A DNA stretch of 46,812 nucleotides from Alphaproteobacteria bacterium MarineAlpha3_Bin3 (GCA_002938075.1 PTLK01000001.1:1-46812); one strand, 5' to 3'; positions 26,373 through 35,806 are shown, counted from the first letter of the stretch. Numbers and translations: made by a program. The notes: generated by a model from the letters alone, not told the origin.

Positions 26373-27371
26373 TCATGCGGTTTTCCCAAGATAGCCGTTT
26401 TCGCGGAACCACCGGACGGCGTCCCGCAGCGCCTTTGCCGCCGGACGGGGCGCATATCCCAAGGCCCGCGCCGCCTTTTGGTGGGAATAATACATCTTCT
26501 TTTTCGCCATCCTGAGGCCGTTGACGGTGACGAAGGGTTCGCTGCCGCCGGTCAGGCGCGTCCAGGCTTCGGCGACCACCGCGACGGGCATGATCAGGTT
26601 GTGGGGAATCCTGAGCCCCGGCGCCTTGCCGCCGGTGATGTCGGCGATGGTGGAGAGGATTTGCTTGAGGCTCAGGTTTTCGCCGCCGAGGATATAGCGC
26701 TCCCCCGCCTGTCCTTTATCGAAGGCCAGCAGGTGGCCTTCGGCGACGTCGTCCACGTGGACGACGTTGAGCCCGGTATCCACGTAGGCCGGCATTTTCC
26801 CCGACGCCGCCCCGACGATCATGCGCCCGGTGGGGGTCGGCTTGATGTCGCGGGGGCCGAGGGGCATCGACGGGTTGACGATGACCACCGCCAGGCCCTC
26901 GGAATCCGCCAACGCCCGGACCTCGGCTTCGGCCAGGAACTTGGATTGCTTGTAAGGCCCGATCATATCCTCGAACCCGACCGGCGTTTCCTCGTCCGAC
27001 GCCTGGTCACCCGGCAACAAACCCAAGGTGGCGACGGAAGACGTATAGACGATGCGCTCGACGCCGGCGTCGCCCGCCGCCAGCATGATCGCCCGGGTTC
27101 CTTCCACATTGGCCTTGAACATCGGCGCCGGGTCGGGCGCCCACAACCGGTAATCGGCGGCGACGTGGAAAAGGCCCCGGCACCCCTTGAGGGCTTTGCC
27201 GAGGGTGGCGGGCTCGGTCAGGTCGCCTTCGACCACCTCGACGGACAGGCCGTCGAGGTTGCGGCGGTCGCTGGCCGGCCGGACCATGGCGCGCACCTCA
27301 TGGCCGCGTTCGATCAGCTTTCTGAGGACCGCCGAGCCGACGAATCCGGTGGCGCCGGTGATAAAAATCAT
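26373..27371 (-). CDS. hpnA: hopanoid-associated NAD-dependent epimerase/dehydratase family protein (HpnA)
   Basis: MIFITGATGFVGSAV Rossmann motif and YKQSK catalytic motif, in an hpn context. ATG at 27371 preferred over the ORF start at 27425. Confidence 0.8.
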   Translation of the reverse strand: MIFITGATGFVGSAVLRKLIERGHEVRAMVRPASDRRNLDGLSVEVVEGDLTEPATLGKALKGCRGLFHVAADYRLWAPDPAPMFKANVEGTRAIMLAAGDAGVERIVYTSSVATLGLLPGDQASDEETPVGFEDMIGPYKQSKFLAEAEVRALADSEGLAVVIVNPSMPLGPRDIKPTPTGRMIVGAASGKMPAYVDTGLNVVHVDDVAEGHLLAFDKGQAGERYILGGENLSLKQILSTIADITGGKAPGLRIPHNLIMPVAVVAEAWTRLTGGSEPFVTVNGLRMAKKKMYYSHQKAARALGYAPRPAAKALRDAVRWFRENGYLGKTA

Positions 27372-27568
27372 CGACCGTTTCTTTTGTTCGCTGTCATTAC
27401 CGGTCTTCCAGCCAAAAAAAAGCACTCAAATACAGGTTTTGCATTTAAAAAACCCGCCGAAAAGGGTAAACACCCCTTCACCTTTGGCCGGATAGTCTCT
27501 ATTTTCAACAATGATCCTTGCCGCCCTTTGGCGAGCTTGGCAATCGGCAAGGTTATTGGGTATCGATC

Positions 27569-28543
27569 ATGGCACCGAAAGAGCACCAGAAAATCGACGT
27601 ATGGCTGGCCTCCCCGCGCGGGTTTTGCGCCGGCGTGGAGCGCGCCATCGAAATCGTCGAACAGGCCATCGACCTCTATGGTCCGCCGGTTTACGTGCGC
27701 CATGAAATCGTCCACAACAAGCGCGTGGTCGAGACTCTCAGGGCCAAGGGGGCTGTTTTCGTCGAAGAGGTGGACGACGTGCCGGACGGCGCGGTAACGA
27801 TTTTCAGCGCCCACGGCGTTTCCGAAGCCGTCGAGAACCAAGCCAAGGAGCGCGACCTGCCAGTCATCGACGCCACCTGCCCGTTGGTGTCCAAGGTCCA
27901 CAAGGAAGGGCAGAACCACGCCAAGATGGACCGCCAGGTCATTCTGATCGGCCACGAGGGTCACCCGGAAGTCGAAGGCACCCAGGGCCGCATTCTCGGT
28001 GGCGTGTTGCTGGTGATCAAGCCCGAAGACGTGGCGATGCTTGAGGTCCGGGATCCGGACAAGCTCGCCTACGTCACCCAAACGACGCTCAGCGTCGATG
28101 AGACCCGCAACGTGATCGAGGCCCTGAAGAAGCGTTTCCCGACCATTATCGGCCCCGACGTCAAGGACATCTGTTACGCCACCCAGAACCGCCAACAGGC
28201 CGTCCGGAACCTGGCCAAACACGTGGATTTACTGTTCGTGGTCGGCGCCACCAACAGCTCCAATTCCAACCGCCTGCGCGAGATCGGCACCGAGATCGGC
28301 GTTCCCAGTTACCTGATCGACGATGCCGACAACCTGGACCCGGCGTGGCTCAAGGATGTCAATATCGTCGGCGTCACCGCCGGCGCCTCGGCGCCCGAGG
28401 AACTGGTCCAGGAAGTGATCGCCCGTCTTGGTGATTTCGCCGAGGTCAAATTGACGAAGGTCCACGGGGTGGAGGAAAACATTACCTTCAAGCTTCCCCG
28501 CGAGCTCGAGGAAGCCGTTCGCCAAAACAGACAGCGCGCCTAG
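27569..28543 (+). CDS. ispH: 4-hydroxy-3-methylbut-2-enyl diphosphate reductase
   Basis: [38 protein letters not shown]. The three Cys ligands sit in their expected motifs. Confidence 0.92.
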   Translation: MAPKEHQKIDVWLASPRGFCAGVERAIEIVEQAIDLYGPPVYVRHEIVHNKRVVETLRAKGAVFVEEVDDVPDGAVTIFSAHGVSEAVENQAKERDLPVIDATCPLVSKVHKEGQNHAKMDRQVILIGHEGHPEVEGTQGRILGGVLLVIKPEDVAMLEVRDPDKLAYVTQTTLSVDETRNVIEALKKRFPTIIGPDVKDICYATQNRQQAVRNLAKHVDLLFVVGATNSSNSNRLREIGTEIGVPSYLIDDADNLDPAWLKDVNIVGVTAGASAPEELVQEVIARLGDFAEVKLTKVHGVEENITFKLPRELEEAVRQNRQRA

Positions 28544-28556
28544 GGTAGCTGCTTCG

Positions 28557-29720
28557 ATGTCCATCCCCTTGATCCAGAAAATCCGTGTTGGCGCCTATAT
28601 CCTTCGCCAACGGCTGAAGGGCGTCGACAAATACCCCCTGGTCCTGATGCTGGAGCCGCTGTTCCGCTGCAATCTGGCCTGCGCCGGCTGCGGCAAGATC
28701 GACTACGAGGACGAGATCCTCAACAAACGGCTCAGCCTCCGCGAATGCCTGGACGCGGTCGATGAATGCGGCGCCCCGGTGGTCTCCATCCCCGGCGGCG
28801 AGCCTTTGATTCACAAGGATATCGTCGAAATCGTCGAGGGCATCGTCGCCCGCAAGAAATTCGTTTATCTGTGCACCAACGCCTTGCTGCTGGAAAAGAA
28901 CCTCGGACGCTTCACGCCGTCGCCGTACCTGACCTTTTCGGTCCATCTCGACGGCCTGGAGGAACACCACGATCACGCGGTGTCGCAAAAGGGCGTTTTC
29001 AAACGCGCCATTTCGGCCATCCGCGCCGCCAAGGCCAAGGATTTCAGGGTCAACGTCAACTGCACGCTGTTCGATCAGATGAACGCCCGCGAAGCGGCGG
29101 AGTTTTTCGATTTCGTCACCGACGACCTGGGCGTCGAGGGGATTACCGTATCGCCGGGCTATGCCTATGAGCGCGCGCCGGACCAGGAACATTTCCTCAA
29201 CCGGACCAAGACCAAGCAGTTGTTCCGCGACATCTTCAAGCTTCAGGGAAAGACCAAATGGCGGTTTTCGCAATCGGTCCTGTTCATGGACTTCCTGGCC
29301 GGAAACCAGCAATACCAGTGCATGCCCTGGGGCAATCCGACGCGCAATATCTTCGGCTGGCAGCGCCCGTGTTATTTGCTGGGCGAGGGATACGCCGAAA
29401 GTTTCGATCTGTTGATGGCCGAAACACGGTGGGAGGATTACGGCACCGGCAATTACGAAAAATGCGCCGACTGCATGGTCCATTGCGGCTACGAGGCGAC
29501 CGCCGTCACTGACGTCGTCGCCCATCCCCTGAAGGCGCTGGGGGTCTATTTGAAGGGCATCGACACGGATAAGCCGATGGCCCCGGAAATCCCCCTCGAC
29601 AATCAGCGTCCGGCCGAATTCGCCTTCGAAGACCTGATTAAAACCCTGAGCCAGAAAAAGGCGGAGGAAGAGTCACTCAAGGCCGAACGACGGGCCGAGA
29701 TGGCCAGCAACGCGGCGTAA
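28557..29720 (+). CDS. hpnH: adenosylhopane synthase, radical SAM (HpnH)
   Basis: LMLEPLFRCNLACAGCGKI radical-SAM cluster motif. The conserved C-terminus (CADCMVHCGYE) is typical of HpnH. Confidence 0.9.
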   Translation: MSIPLIQKIRVGAYILRQRLKGVDKYPLVLMLEPLFRCNLACAGCGKIDYEDEILNKRLSLRECLDAVDECGAPVVSIPGGEPLIHKDIVEIVEGIVARKKFVYLCTNALLLEKNLGRFTPSPYLTFSVHLDGLEEHHDHAVSQKGVFKRAISAIRAAKAKDFRVNVNCTLFDQMNAREAAEFFDFVTDDLGVEGITVSPGYAYERAPDQEHFLNRTKTKQLFRDIFKLQGKTKWRFSQSVLFMDFLAGNQQYQCMPWGNPTRNIFGWQRPCYLLGEGYAESFDLLMAETRWEDYGTGNYEKCADCMVHCGYEATAVTDVVAHPLKALGVYLKGIDTDKPMAPEIPLDNQRPAEFAFEDLIKTLSQKKAEEESLKAERRAEMASNAA

Positions 29721-30359
29721 GGCGGTAATGGCTTTTCCGTTGTCTCCGGCCAAGCCGATCAGGGTCGGCAAATCCCAGGGATTTTTGAGCAAGCCGGCAA
29801 GGATGGCTCCGTAGCGGGGATCGCCGGCTTCGGTAATGTTTCCCAAAACCCAATCCGGAATCGCCTGCCCGACGGGATCGGCGACGGCCCGGATGACCAG
29901 GAATGGCACCCCGGCTTCCTCGGCCGCCGCGGCGACGGCGTGGCTTTCCATATCGACGGCGACGGCGTCTGTCTGCGCCGCCAGGGCGCGTTTGGCGGCG
30001 ACGGTCGTAACCACCGCGTCGGTGCTGGCCATGGTCCGGGTGTCGATGGCCTCGGCGTCGGCCAAACCCCGAAGCACGCTGTCGCGCCACGGTTCTGACG
30101 TTTCGTAAACCCGGCCGTCATCAACGGCGACGGATTGGGGAATGACCACAGCGCCGGGTTTCAGGTCCGCGGTCAGACCCCCGGCAGTGCCGAAACTGAG
30201 CAGCCCCCGGCATCCTTCGGCGGTCAATTGCCGGGCCAGGTCAAAAGCCCGCTGGGTGCGGGCGCCGCTGCATCTTACGGAAGGCCGCTGGTCAGCCGGG
30301 AAAACGCCTAGGCAATCGGCCTCTTGGGTAAGCCCGCAAATGACGCCGAGGTCGTTCAA
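29673..30359 (-). CDS. hpnG: hopanoid-associated phosphorylase/nucleosidase (HpnG, PNP_UDP family)
   Basis: GVICGLTQEA N-terminus, SFGTAGGL, AVDMESHAVA. A TTG start at 30359 overlapping the shc stop (TTGA) is preferred over the ATG at 30422, which lies inside shc. Confidence 0.75.
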   Translation of the reverse strand: MNDLGVICGLTQEADCLGVFPADQRPSVRCSGARTQRAFDLARQLTAEGCRGLLSFGTAGGLTADLKPGAVVIPQSVAVDDGRVYETSEPWRDSVLRGLADAEAIDTRTMASTDAVVTTVAAKRALAAQTDAVAVDMESHAVAAAAEEAGVPFLVIRAVADPVGQAIPDWVLGNITEAGDPRYGAILAGLLKNPWDLPTLIGLAGDNGKAITALRRVAGHLGPSFGLE

Positions 30360-32353
30360 ATACCGAACTTGGAATGCTTGCCACCGCTGTTCTTGAGGTC
30401 GCGGTAACGCGACAACGTCCATAACGGGAAATAGGCGCTGTATCCGTGATAGCGAAGGTAAAAGACCCGGGGAAAGCCGACGGCATTGAAATATTCCTCA
30501 TGCCAATTTCCGGCGTCGCGTTCGGCGTTCATCAGGTATTCTATCCCCGTATCGACGCTCTCGCTATTGACCTCACCGGCCGCCATCAAACCCAACAACG
30601 CCCAAGACGTTTGCGACGGGGTGCTGGTTTTGACCTCGTCGCGGCGGCGACGCAGGGTCGCATCCGATACGTACCAGGTCCGGTGCTGCCAGTAGGTGGA
30701 ACAGTCCTCTCCCCAACCCCCGTCGGGGCGCTGGACGAATTTCAGCCAATCCACGGCCTTGCGAATATAGCGGGCCTGCATGTCCATGCCGGCGGCGTTA
30801 AACGCGCACAGGACCGACCACGTCCCATAGACGTAATTGTTGCCCCATCGGCCGAACCAGGACCCATCCTCTTCCTGTTCGCTGCGCAGATAGGCCAACC
30901 CCTTGGCCATCACCGGGTGGGCCTTGTCGTAGCCCAATTGGGCCAGCATGCCCAGGCAACGGGCGCTGACATCGACGGTCGGCGGGTCCAGAAGCGCGCC
31001 GTGATCGGCAAAGGGAATGTTTTGCAGGAACATATGATCGTTGTCGGCGTCGAAAGCGCCCCAGCCGCCGTTTTTGCTTTGCATGCCGATGATCCATTCG
31101 GTGCCGCGTTCGATGGCTTCACGGTATTTTTCAGGGTCGGCGCGATGGAGCGCCATGACGACGACGGCTGTGTCATCGACGTCGGGGTAATAGTCGTTCC
31201 AGTACTGGAACGCCCATCCCCCGGGGCGAAGATGGCCGCGGTTGGCCTCCCAGTCGCCCTTGACGTCGAGGATTTGGCGGCCCAGCAACCATTCATTGGC
31301 TCGCACCATGATCGGATCGTTGGCGGAAAGGCCCGATTCCATCATCGCATGGACGGCCAGGCTGGTGTCCCATACGGGCGACAGACAAGGTTGGCAATAG
31401 CCCCAGTCGTCGTGGAGCACCAGAAGCCTGTCGATGGCCTTGCGGCAAATGATGTAATCAGGATGATCCTTGGGAACTTCCATCGCATCGAAGGCCATCA
31501 ACGCGTTGGCCATGGCCGGGAAAATTCCGCCCAGGCCATCCTCGCCGTTGAGGCGCTCGGTGACGAATTTCATCGCCCTTTCGATGGCCATCTTTTCCAA
31601 ACGCTTAGGAATCAGCGGGATAACGAATCGTGCCATAAAGTCGACAACCAGCATCAACATGCCAAAGAAATTGCCGGTCGGGTTTGTCTGATAAAACATC
31701 TGTTCGTTCGCCGGTTTGACGAACAGTTCGGAAATATCGACGCCGCGTGGGTTGCGGGCCCGGGGTTTCAACGCCGCCAGCACCTTCAGCGGCACCATTA
31801 CCGTTCGCGACCAATAGGAAACCCTGTTGATGTGGAAAGGCGCCCATTTGGGCAACAACATGGCTTCAACCCGGATCACCGGGACGGCGCGCCACGGCAC
31901 CTGGCCGAACAGGGCCAAGGCAAAACGGGTGAAGACGTTTGACCGGGCGGCGCCGCCGTGTTCCAGGATCGCCTTCCTGGCCCACCGCATATAAGGCGCG
32001 TCGACGTCTTCGCCAGCCAGCTTGAGGGCTAAATAGGCCTTCACCGAGGCGCTGAGGTTAAAGTCGCCGTCGTAGTAAAGCGGCCAGCCGCCGTGCTTGC
32101 CTTGGGTGTTCTTGATGTAGGCGACCAGTTTGGCCTCGACGGCATCGTCGATCTCGTCGAGGTAATGGTTGAGCATTATGTACTCGGCCGGGATGGTGGC
32201 ATCGGCTTCCAGCTCGAACGCCCAATGGCCGTCCTTGGCTTGGCGTTCGGCAAGCCAATCCCGCGCTTCATCGATGACCCCATCGATGCCTTCAAAATCG
32301 TAAACGTTTGACGGGGCCGATTCGGCTTGTTGCGATTTAACTAATTCCAGCAT
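30356..32353 (-). CDS. shc: squalene-hopene cyclase
   Basis: DVDDTAVVVMAL (DxDDTA catalytic motif), multiple QW repeats (GGWGAF, DGSWFGRWG, DGGWGE), STPSQTSWAL. Confidence 0.95.
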   Translation of the reverse strand: MLELVKSQQAESAPSNVYDFEGIDGVIDEARDWLAERQAKDGHWAFELEADATIPAEYIMLNHYLDEIDDAVEAKLVAYIKNTQGKHGGWPLYYDGDFNLSASVKAYLALKLAGEDVDAPYMRWARKAILEHGGAARSNVFTRFALALFGQVPWRAVPVIRVEAMLLPKWAPFHINRVSYWSRTVMVPLKVLAALKPRARNPRGVDISELFVKPANEQMFYQTNPTGNFFGMLMLVVDFMARFVIPLIPKRLEKMAIERAMKFVTERLNGEDGLGGIFPAMANALMAFDAMEVPKDHPDYIICRKAIDRLLVLHDDWGYCQPCLSPVWDTSLAVHAMMESGLSANDPIMVRANEWLLGRQILDVKGDWEANRGHLRPGGWAFQYWNDYYPDVDDTAVVVMALHRADPEKYREAIERGTEWIIGMQSKNGGWGAFDADNDHMFLQNIPFADHGALLDPPTVDVSARCLGMLAQLGYDKAHPVMAKGLAYLRSEQEEDGSWFGRWGNNYVYGTWSVLCAFNAAGMDMQARYIRKAVDWLKFVQRPDGGWGEDCSTYWQHRTWYVSDATLRRRRDEVKTSTPSQTSWALLGLMAAGEVNSESVDTGIEYLMNAERDAGNWHEEYFNAVGFPRVFYLRYHGYSAYFPLWTLSRYRDLKNSGGKHSKFGI

Positions 32354-32457
32354 AATTCCTTAGGCCGCCTTATAAGAAATAACCCATCACGATTGCAAGC
32401 GGAAAGACCAAGGAATTTTCCCCCATTGTTCCATGCTGTATTTTTCTCAAAAAACCG

Positions 32458-33729
32458 CTACTTTTTCAAGTCTTTAGAACTCAATGACAGGACCATATCC
32501 GCGGCCGTCCGACCCGAGCGGATACTTCCTTCGATGGTCGCCGGCAGCCCCGTCGCGGTCCAATCCCCGGCCAGGAATAGGTTTTTCAAGCCGGTCCGGG
32601 CGCCGGGGCGGCGTTTTTCCTGTTCCGGAGTCTGGGCGAAGGTGGCGCGTTTTTCCTTCACAATCCTGTGAGGCGGCAACGGAACGTCCCCGAGACCGAG
32701 GGCGAGGGCGACATCGGCCCACAGCCGTCCAGCGATCGAGGCATTATCCTCTTCGGCCAAATCATCCGCGGCACTGACCGTCACCGAGGCGACGCCGCCG
32801 CGCACGAACAGCCATTGGCCGAGGCCGCCAGAAAGCCCTAGAAACGAAAAGCCTTCGATTTTACTCTCGAGGCGGAAATGGCCGTTGACGATGGCGCGGA
32901 ATTCGCCGGGAACCTCGAGGCCGGGCACCAGCCCGGCGGCGGCCAGCGGCGGCACCGCCAACACCACGGTGTCGCCGTCGTCCAAGGCCGCGGGCCGGTC
33001 TCCAAAATCCAGCCCCGCTACCCGACCGTCCTCGATATTCAGGCCCCTGAGCCGGTTGTTGAGGCGAAAATCGGCACCCCGGTCTTCGAGAAACCGCAGC
33101 GCCGGATCGACGAAGCTATCGCTCAAGCCCCGTTTGGTGATCAGGGGACGGCAAGCGGCTTGGCCGCGAAAAAGGGTTTCGCGTATCACCGTCGACAACA
33201 GGGACGCCGCCCCTTCCTCGGCAGCGGTGTTGAGGATGGCGACGGCCATGGGTTCCCAGAACCGCCGAAAGAGGGCGCTGTCGGGGCCCAGGCACTGGGC
33301 CACCGTGGTTTCGCCGCCGGCCCAGGTGAGCCGGAACGCCTTCAGGTAATCGAGAGGGCGGCTGCCCGGAACCCGGCCGGCCTTGGAAAAGACGGCCTTG
33401 GGCAAGAACCCGGCATCCAGGGTGACGGTCCAACGTTCGGCCGTTTCCAGGTCGAGGAAGGGAAATTCCGCCCTTTCGGGTCCGGTGAGGCTGTTGTCCG
33501 CGCCGATGTCATTCAGGTAGGCTAAAACCGCCCGATTGCCGCCGAGCAGCAGGTGGTTGCCGTTGTCGATGCGACACCCCATGGCATCGTCCTGGAAAGA
33601 CCGGCAGCGGCCACCGGCATATCCGGCGGATTCGTGCACGACGACCCGGTGCCCGGTTTTGATCAGGCTGACCGCCGCCGAAAGACCGGACATGCCGGCG
33701 CCGATGATGTGGGTTATGGGACCGGTCAC
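32458..33729 (-). CDS. hpnE: hydroxysqualene dehydroxylase (FAD amine-oxidase family, HpnE)
   Basis: IIGAGMSGLSAA dinucleotide motif right after the GTG at 33729, which overlaps the hpnD stop. C-terminal LFLAGDWT motif. The long N-terminal ORF extension is rejected. Confidence 0.8.
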   Translation of the reverse strand: MTGPITHIIGAGMSGLSAAVSLIKTGHRVVVHESAGYAGGRCRSFQDDAMGCRIDNGNHLLLGGNRAVLAYLNDIGADNSLTGPERAEFPFLDLETAERWTVTLDAGFLPKAVFSKAGRVPGSRPLDYLKAFRLTWAGGETTVAQCLGPDSALFRRFWEPMAVAILNTAAEEGAASLLSTVIRETLFRGQAACRPLITKRGLSDSFVDPALRFLEDRGADFRLNNRLRGLNIEDGRVAGLDFGDRPAALDDGDTVVLAVPPLAAAGLVPGLEVPGEFRAIVNGHFRLESKIEGFSFLGLSGGLGQWLFVRGGVASVTVSAADDLAEEDNASIAGRLWADVALALGLGDVPLPPHRIVKEKRATFAQTPEQEKRRPGARTGLKNLFLAGDWTATGLPATIEGSIRSGRTAADMVLSLSSKDLKK

Positions 33730-34589
33730 TATAAATATCCGTAACGAAGGGCAATCCAGAGCTTGCCGGCCTTGGAAACGCCCACCGGCAGGGAAAGGTT
33801 CTTCCACCCCCGGCGCATCAGCCGGGCGAGGATTCGCCGGTAAATTTCCATCATCATGATGGCCGGGCGGACCTGTGCCCGCTCGCAGCGGGAAATCACC
33901 TCCGCGGCTTGTTCGAACCGGCGCGCCCCCATCTCGGCCAGGACATAACAAGCCTTTGAAAAACCATGACTTTTCAATTTAGAGGACAGGTCCGGATCGG
34001 TCACGTCGTGGTCCTGCAAAAGGTCTTCGGGAATATAGAGTCTGTCCCTTTCGGCGTCTTCGGGAATGTCCCTGAGGATGTTCGTCAATTGCAACGCCTG
34101 GCCCAAGGCAAACGCCAGTTCCTGCCCCTTGGCGGCGTCGATCCCGAAGACGCAAACGCAAAGCCTTCCGACGGCGCAGGCGACGCGGTCGCAATAGAGG
34201 TTCAGTTCATCCATATCGGCAATGCGCAGCGGTTCGTTGGCGTCCATTTCCATGCCGTCGATGACGGCCCGGAAGTCCTCTTTTTTAAGCCCGAAATCCT
34301 CCACCAGGCCTTGCAAGGCTTGGGTCACCGGATAGCGCGGCTGGTCACCGTAAAGATGGTCGATCTCGACCCGCCACTGCTCCAGCCGGGACAGTTTTTC
34401 GTCAGGCGCGCCGGGTCCGTCGGCGATATCGTCGACCTCGCGGCAAAAGGCATAGATGCCGTACATCGCCTGGCGCTTGTTTTCCGGCATCCAGCGCATG
34501 GCCCAGTAAAAAGACGTGCCGGAGCGCCGGACGATGGATTCCACGAGGGCCCAGGTTTCCGCCGCGGAGGATGTTTCAGGGGCACTCAT
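33729..34589 (-). CDS. hpnD: presqualene diphosphate synthase (HpnD, squalene/phytoene synthase family)
   Basis: SFYWAMRWMP, YAFCREVDDIADG (first DxxxD), NILRDIPEDAERDRLYIP (second Asp-rich motif). ATG at 34589. Confidence 0.88.
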   Translation of the reverse strand: MSAPETSSAAETWALVESIVRRSGTSFYWAMRWMPENKRQAMYGIYAFCREVDDIADGPGAPDEKLSRLEQWRVEIDHLYGDQPRYPVTQALQGLVEDFGLKKEDFRAVIDGMEMDANEPLRIADMDELNLYCDRVACAVGRLCVCVFGIDAAKGQELAFALGQALQLTNILRDIPEDAERDRLYIPEDLLQDHDVTDPDLSSKLKSHGFSKACYVLAEMGARRFEQAAEVISRCERAQVRPAIMMMEIYRRILARLMRRGWKNLSLPVGVSKAGKLWIALRYGYL

Positions 34590-34621
34590 GGGGCTATGGA
34601 TACACAACAAATGTCCGGGCG

Positions 34622-35800
34622 TCACCCATGGGGCGCGGTCCCTGCCCCGTAATGGCGTCCCTTCCAAGCGCTGCCGCGCCCCAGCCAGTAACAAAGGGCG
34701 GATGAAACGGTCATCAAGGTGAACAAAGCCGCCGCCAGGGGAAGCATCAAACCCCAGCCCATCGACAGTCCGTAGAGCTTCAATGTCGGGGAATAGGAGA
34801 ACCCCATCAGCCCCCACCAGGCGATCAGGCCGGCGGCAGCCACAACCCATCCGCCGCCCAAGAGACCGAGCCCGGCCAGTGGCGGCACCAGATATGCCAG
34901 TCCCATGCCGGCAACGGTGCCGACCAAAAGAAACGGGGAGTTTCCCAGTTGCTCGAAGGCGGTGCGGGACACCATGTGCCAAATCTCCGAAAGGCTGTTG
35001 TATCGCCGCTCGCTCCGGACCCTGGTGGTCAGGCCGAGCCAGATGGCGCCCCGTTGCTTGATTTCGGCGGCCAGGGCGCAATCGTCGATCAGGCGGTCCC
35101 GGATAGCGGCGACGCCGCCGGCCTTGGTCAGCGCCGAGCGGCGGACAAGCATGCATCCTCCCGCGGCGGCGGCGGTGGACCGGGACGGGTCGTTGACCCA
35201 CGGCAAGGGAAAAAGCTTTTGAAAGAAAAAAACGAAGGCCGGGATCAGGAAACGCTCCCAGAAGCTCTCGCACCGGAGCAGCACCATCAACGATACCAGG
35301 TCGAGGCCGTCACTTTCGGCCTTGGCCGCCAGCCGGCGCAGGCTTTCCCGGTCGTGCATGATGTCGGCGTCGGTCAACAGCACATAAGGGGCTTCGGGGT
35401 ACCTTTCATCGGCGGTTAGGAGTCCTTGACTTACGGCCCAGAGCTTGCCTGACCAGCCTGGCGGCAACGCCCTGCCCGTCACCACCGTCAGCCTGTCCTC
35501 CGCCCCCGCCGCGCCCGAGGCCGCCGCCGCGGCGGTGCCGTCGTCCGAGTTGTCGTCGACGACGATCACCGAAACCGGCCCGGGATAATCCTGGTCGATG
35601 AGGGAGCCGACGGTGCCGGCGATGGTTTGGGCCTCGTTGCGGGCCGGGATCACGCAAACGACGCCGGGCCAGTCTTCCACGTCCGGGGGTGTGTCCGGAA
35701 GCCGCTGGTCGGCCCGCCAGAACCTCCCCCTGAACCCTATAAGACCGGCCCAGAAGGCCAGGGACAGACCCGTCAGAACAACAGCGGCCAGTTCACCCAT
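34622..35800 (-). CDS. hpnB: hopanoid-associated family 2 glycosyltransferase (HpnB)
   Basis: VCVIPARNEA...VSVIVVDDNSDDGT GT2 motifs, N-terminal TM and C-terminal TMs. Sits between hpnC and hpnD. Confidence 0.8.
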   Translation of the reverse strand: MGELAAVVLTGLSLAFWAGLIGFRGRFWRADQRLPDTPPDVEDWPGVVCVIPARNEAQTIAGTVGSLIDQDYPGPVSVIVVDDNSDDGTAAAAASGAAGAEDRLTVVTGRALPPGWSGKLWAVSQGLLTADERYPEAPYVLLTDADIMHDRESLRRLAAKAESDGLDLVSLMVLLRCESFWERFLIPAFVFFFQKLFPLPWVNDPSRSTAAAAGGCMLVRRSALTKAGGVAAIRDRLIDDCALAAEIKQRGAIWLGLTTRVRSERRYNSLSEIWHMVSRTAFEQLGNSPFLLVGTVAGMGLAYLVPPLAGLGLLGGGWVVAAAGLIAWWGLMGFSYSPTLKLYGLSMGWGLMLPLAAALFTLMTVSSALCYWLGRGSAWKGRHYGAGTAPHG

Positions 35801-35806
35801 GTGCCG

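Noticed and set aside
30626-30691. The SHC loop insertion as a compensated double frameshift.
   Set aside because: I translated the other two frames over this segment and neither restores a canonical loop sequence. The main frame is continuous with conserved motifs on both sides.
32354-32457. The shared CATAATTCC…TTAGG string upstream of shc, resembling the left arm of the 25180 element.
   Set aside because: Only about 14 scattered matching nucleotides, no partner arm nearby, and the string overlaps the shc start and RBS region. It is probably coincidental.
33729-35273. Long N-terminal extensions suggested by the ORF track. Examples: hpnD as 514 aa, hpnE as 497 aa, ppd from 23079, hpnG from 30422, hpnA from 27425, ispH from 27518, and the transferase from 17788.
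   Set aside because: The extensions run through the upstream gene in another frame, are Arg/Pro/Gly-rich and lack family sequence. Internal ATG/GTG/TTG starts coincide with the conserved family N-termini and with SD sequences or stop-start overlaps.
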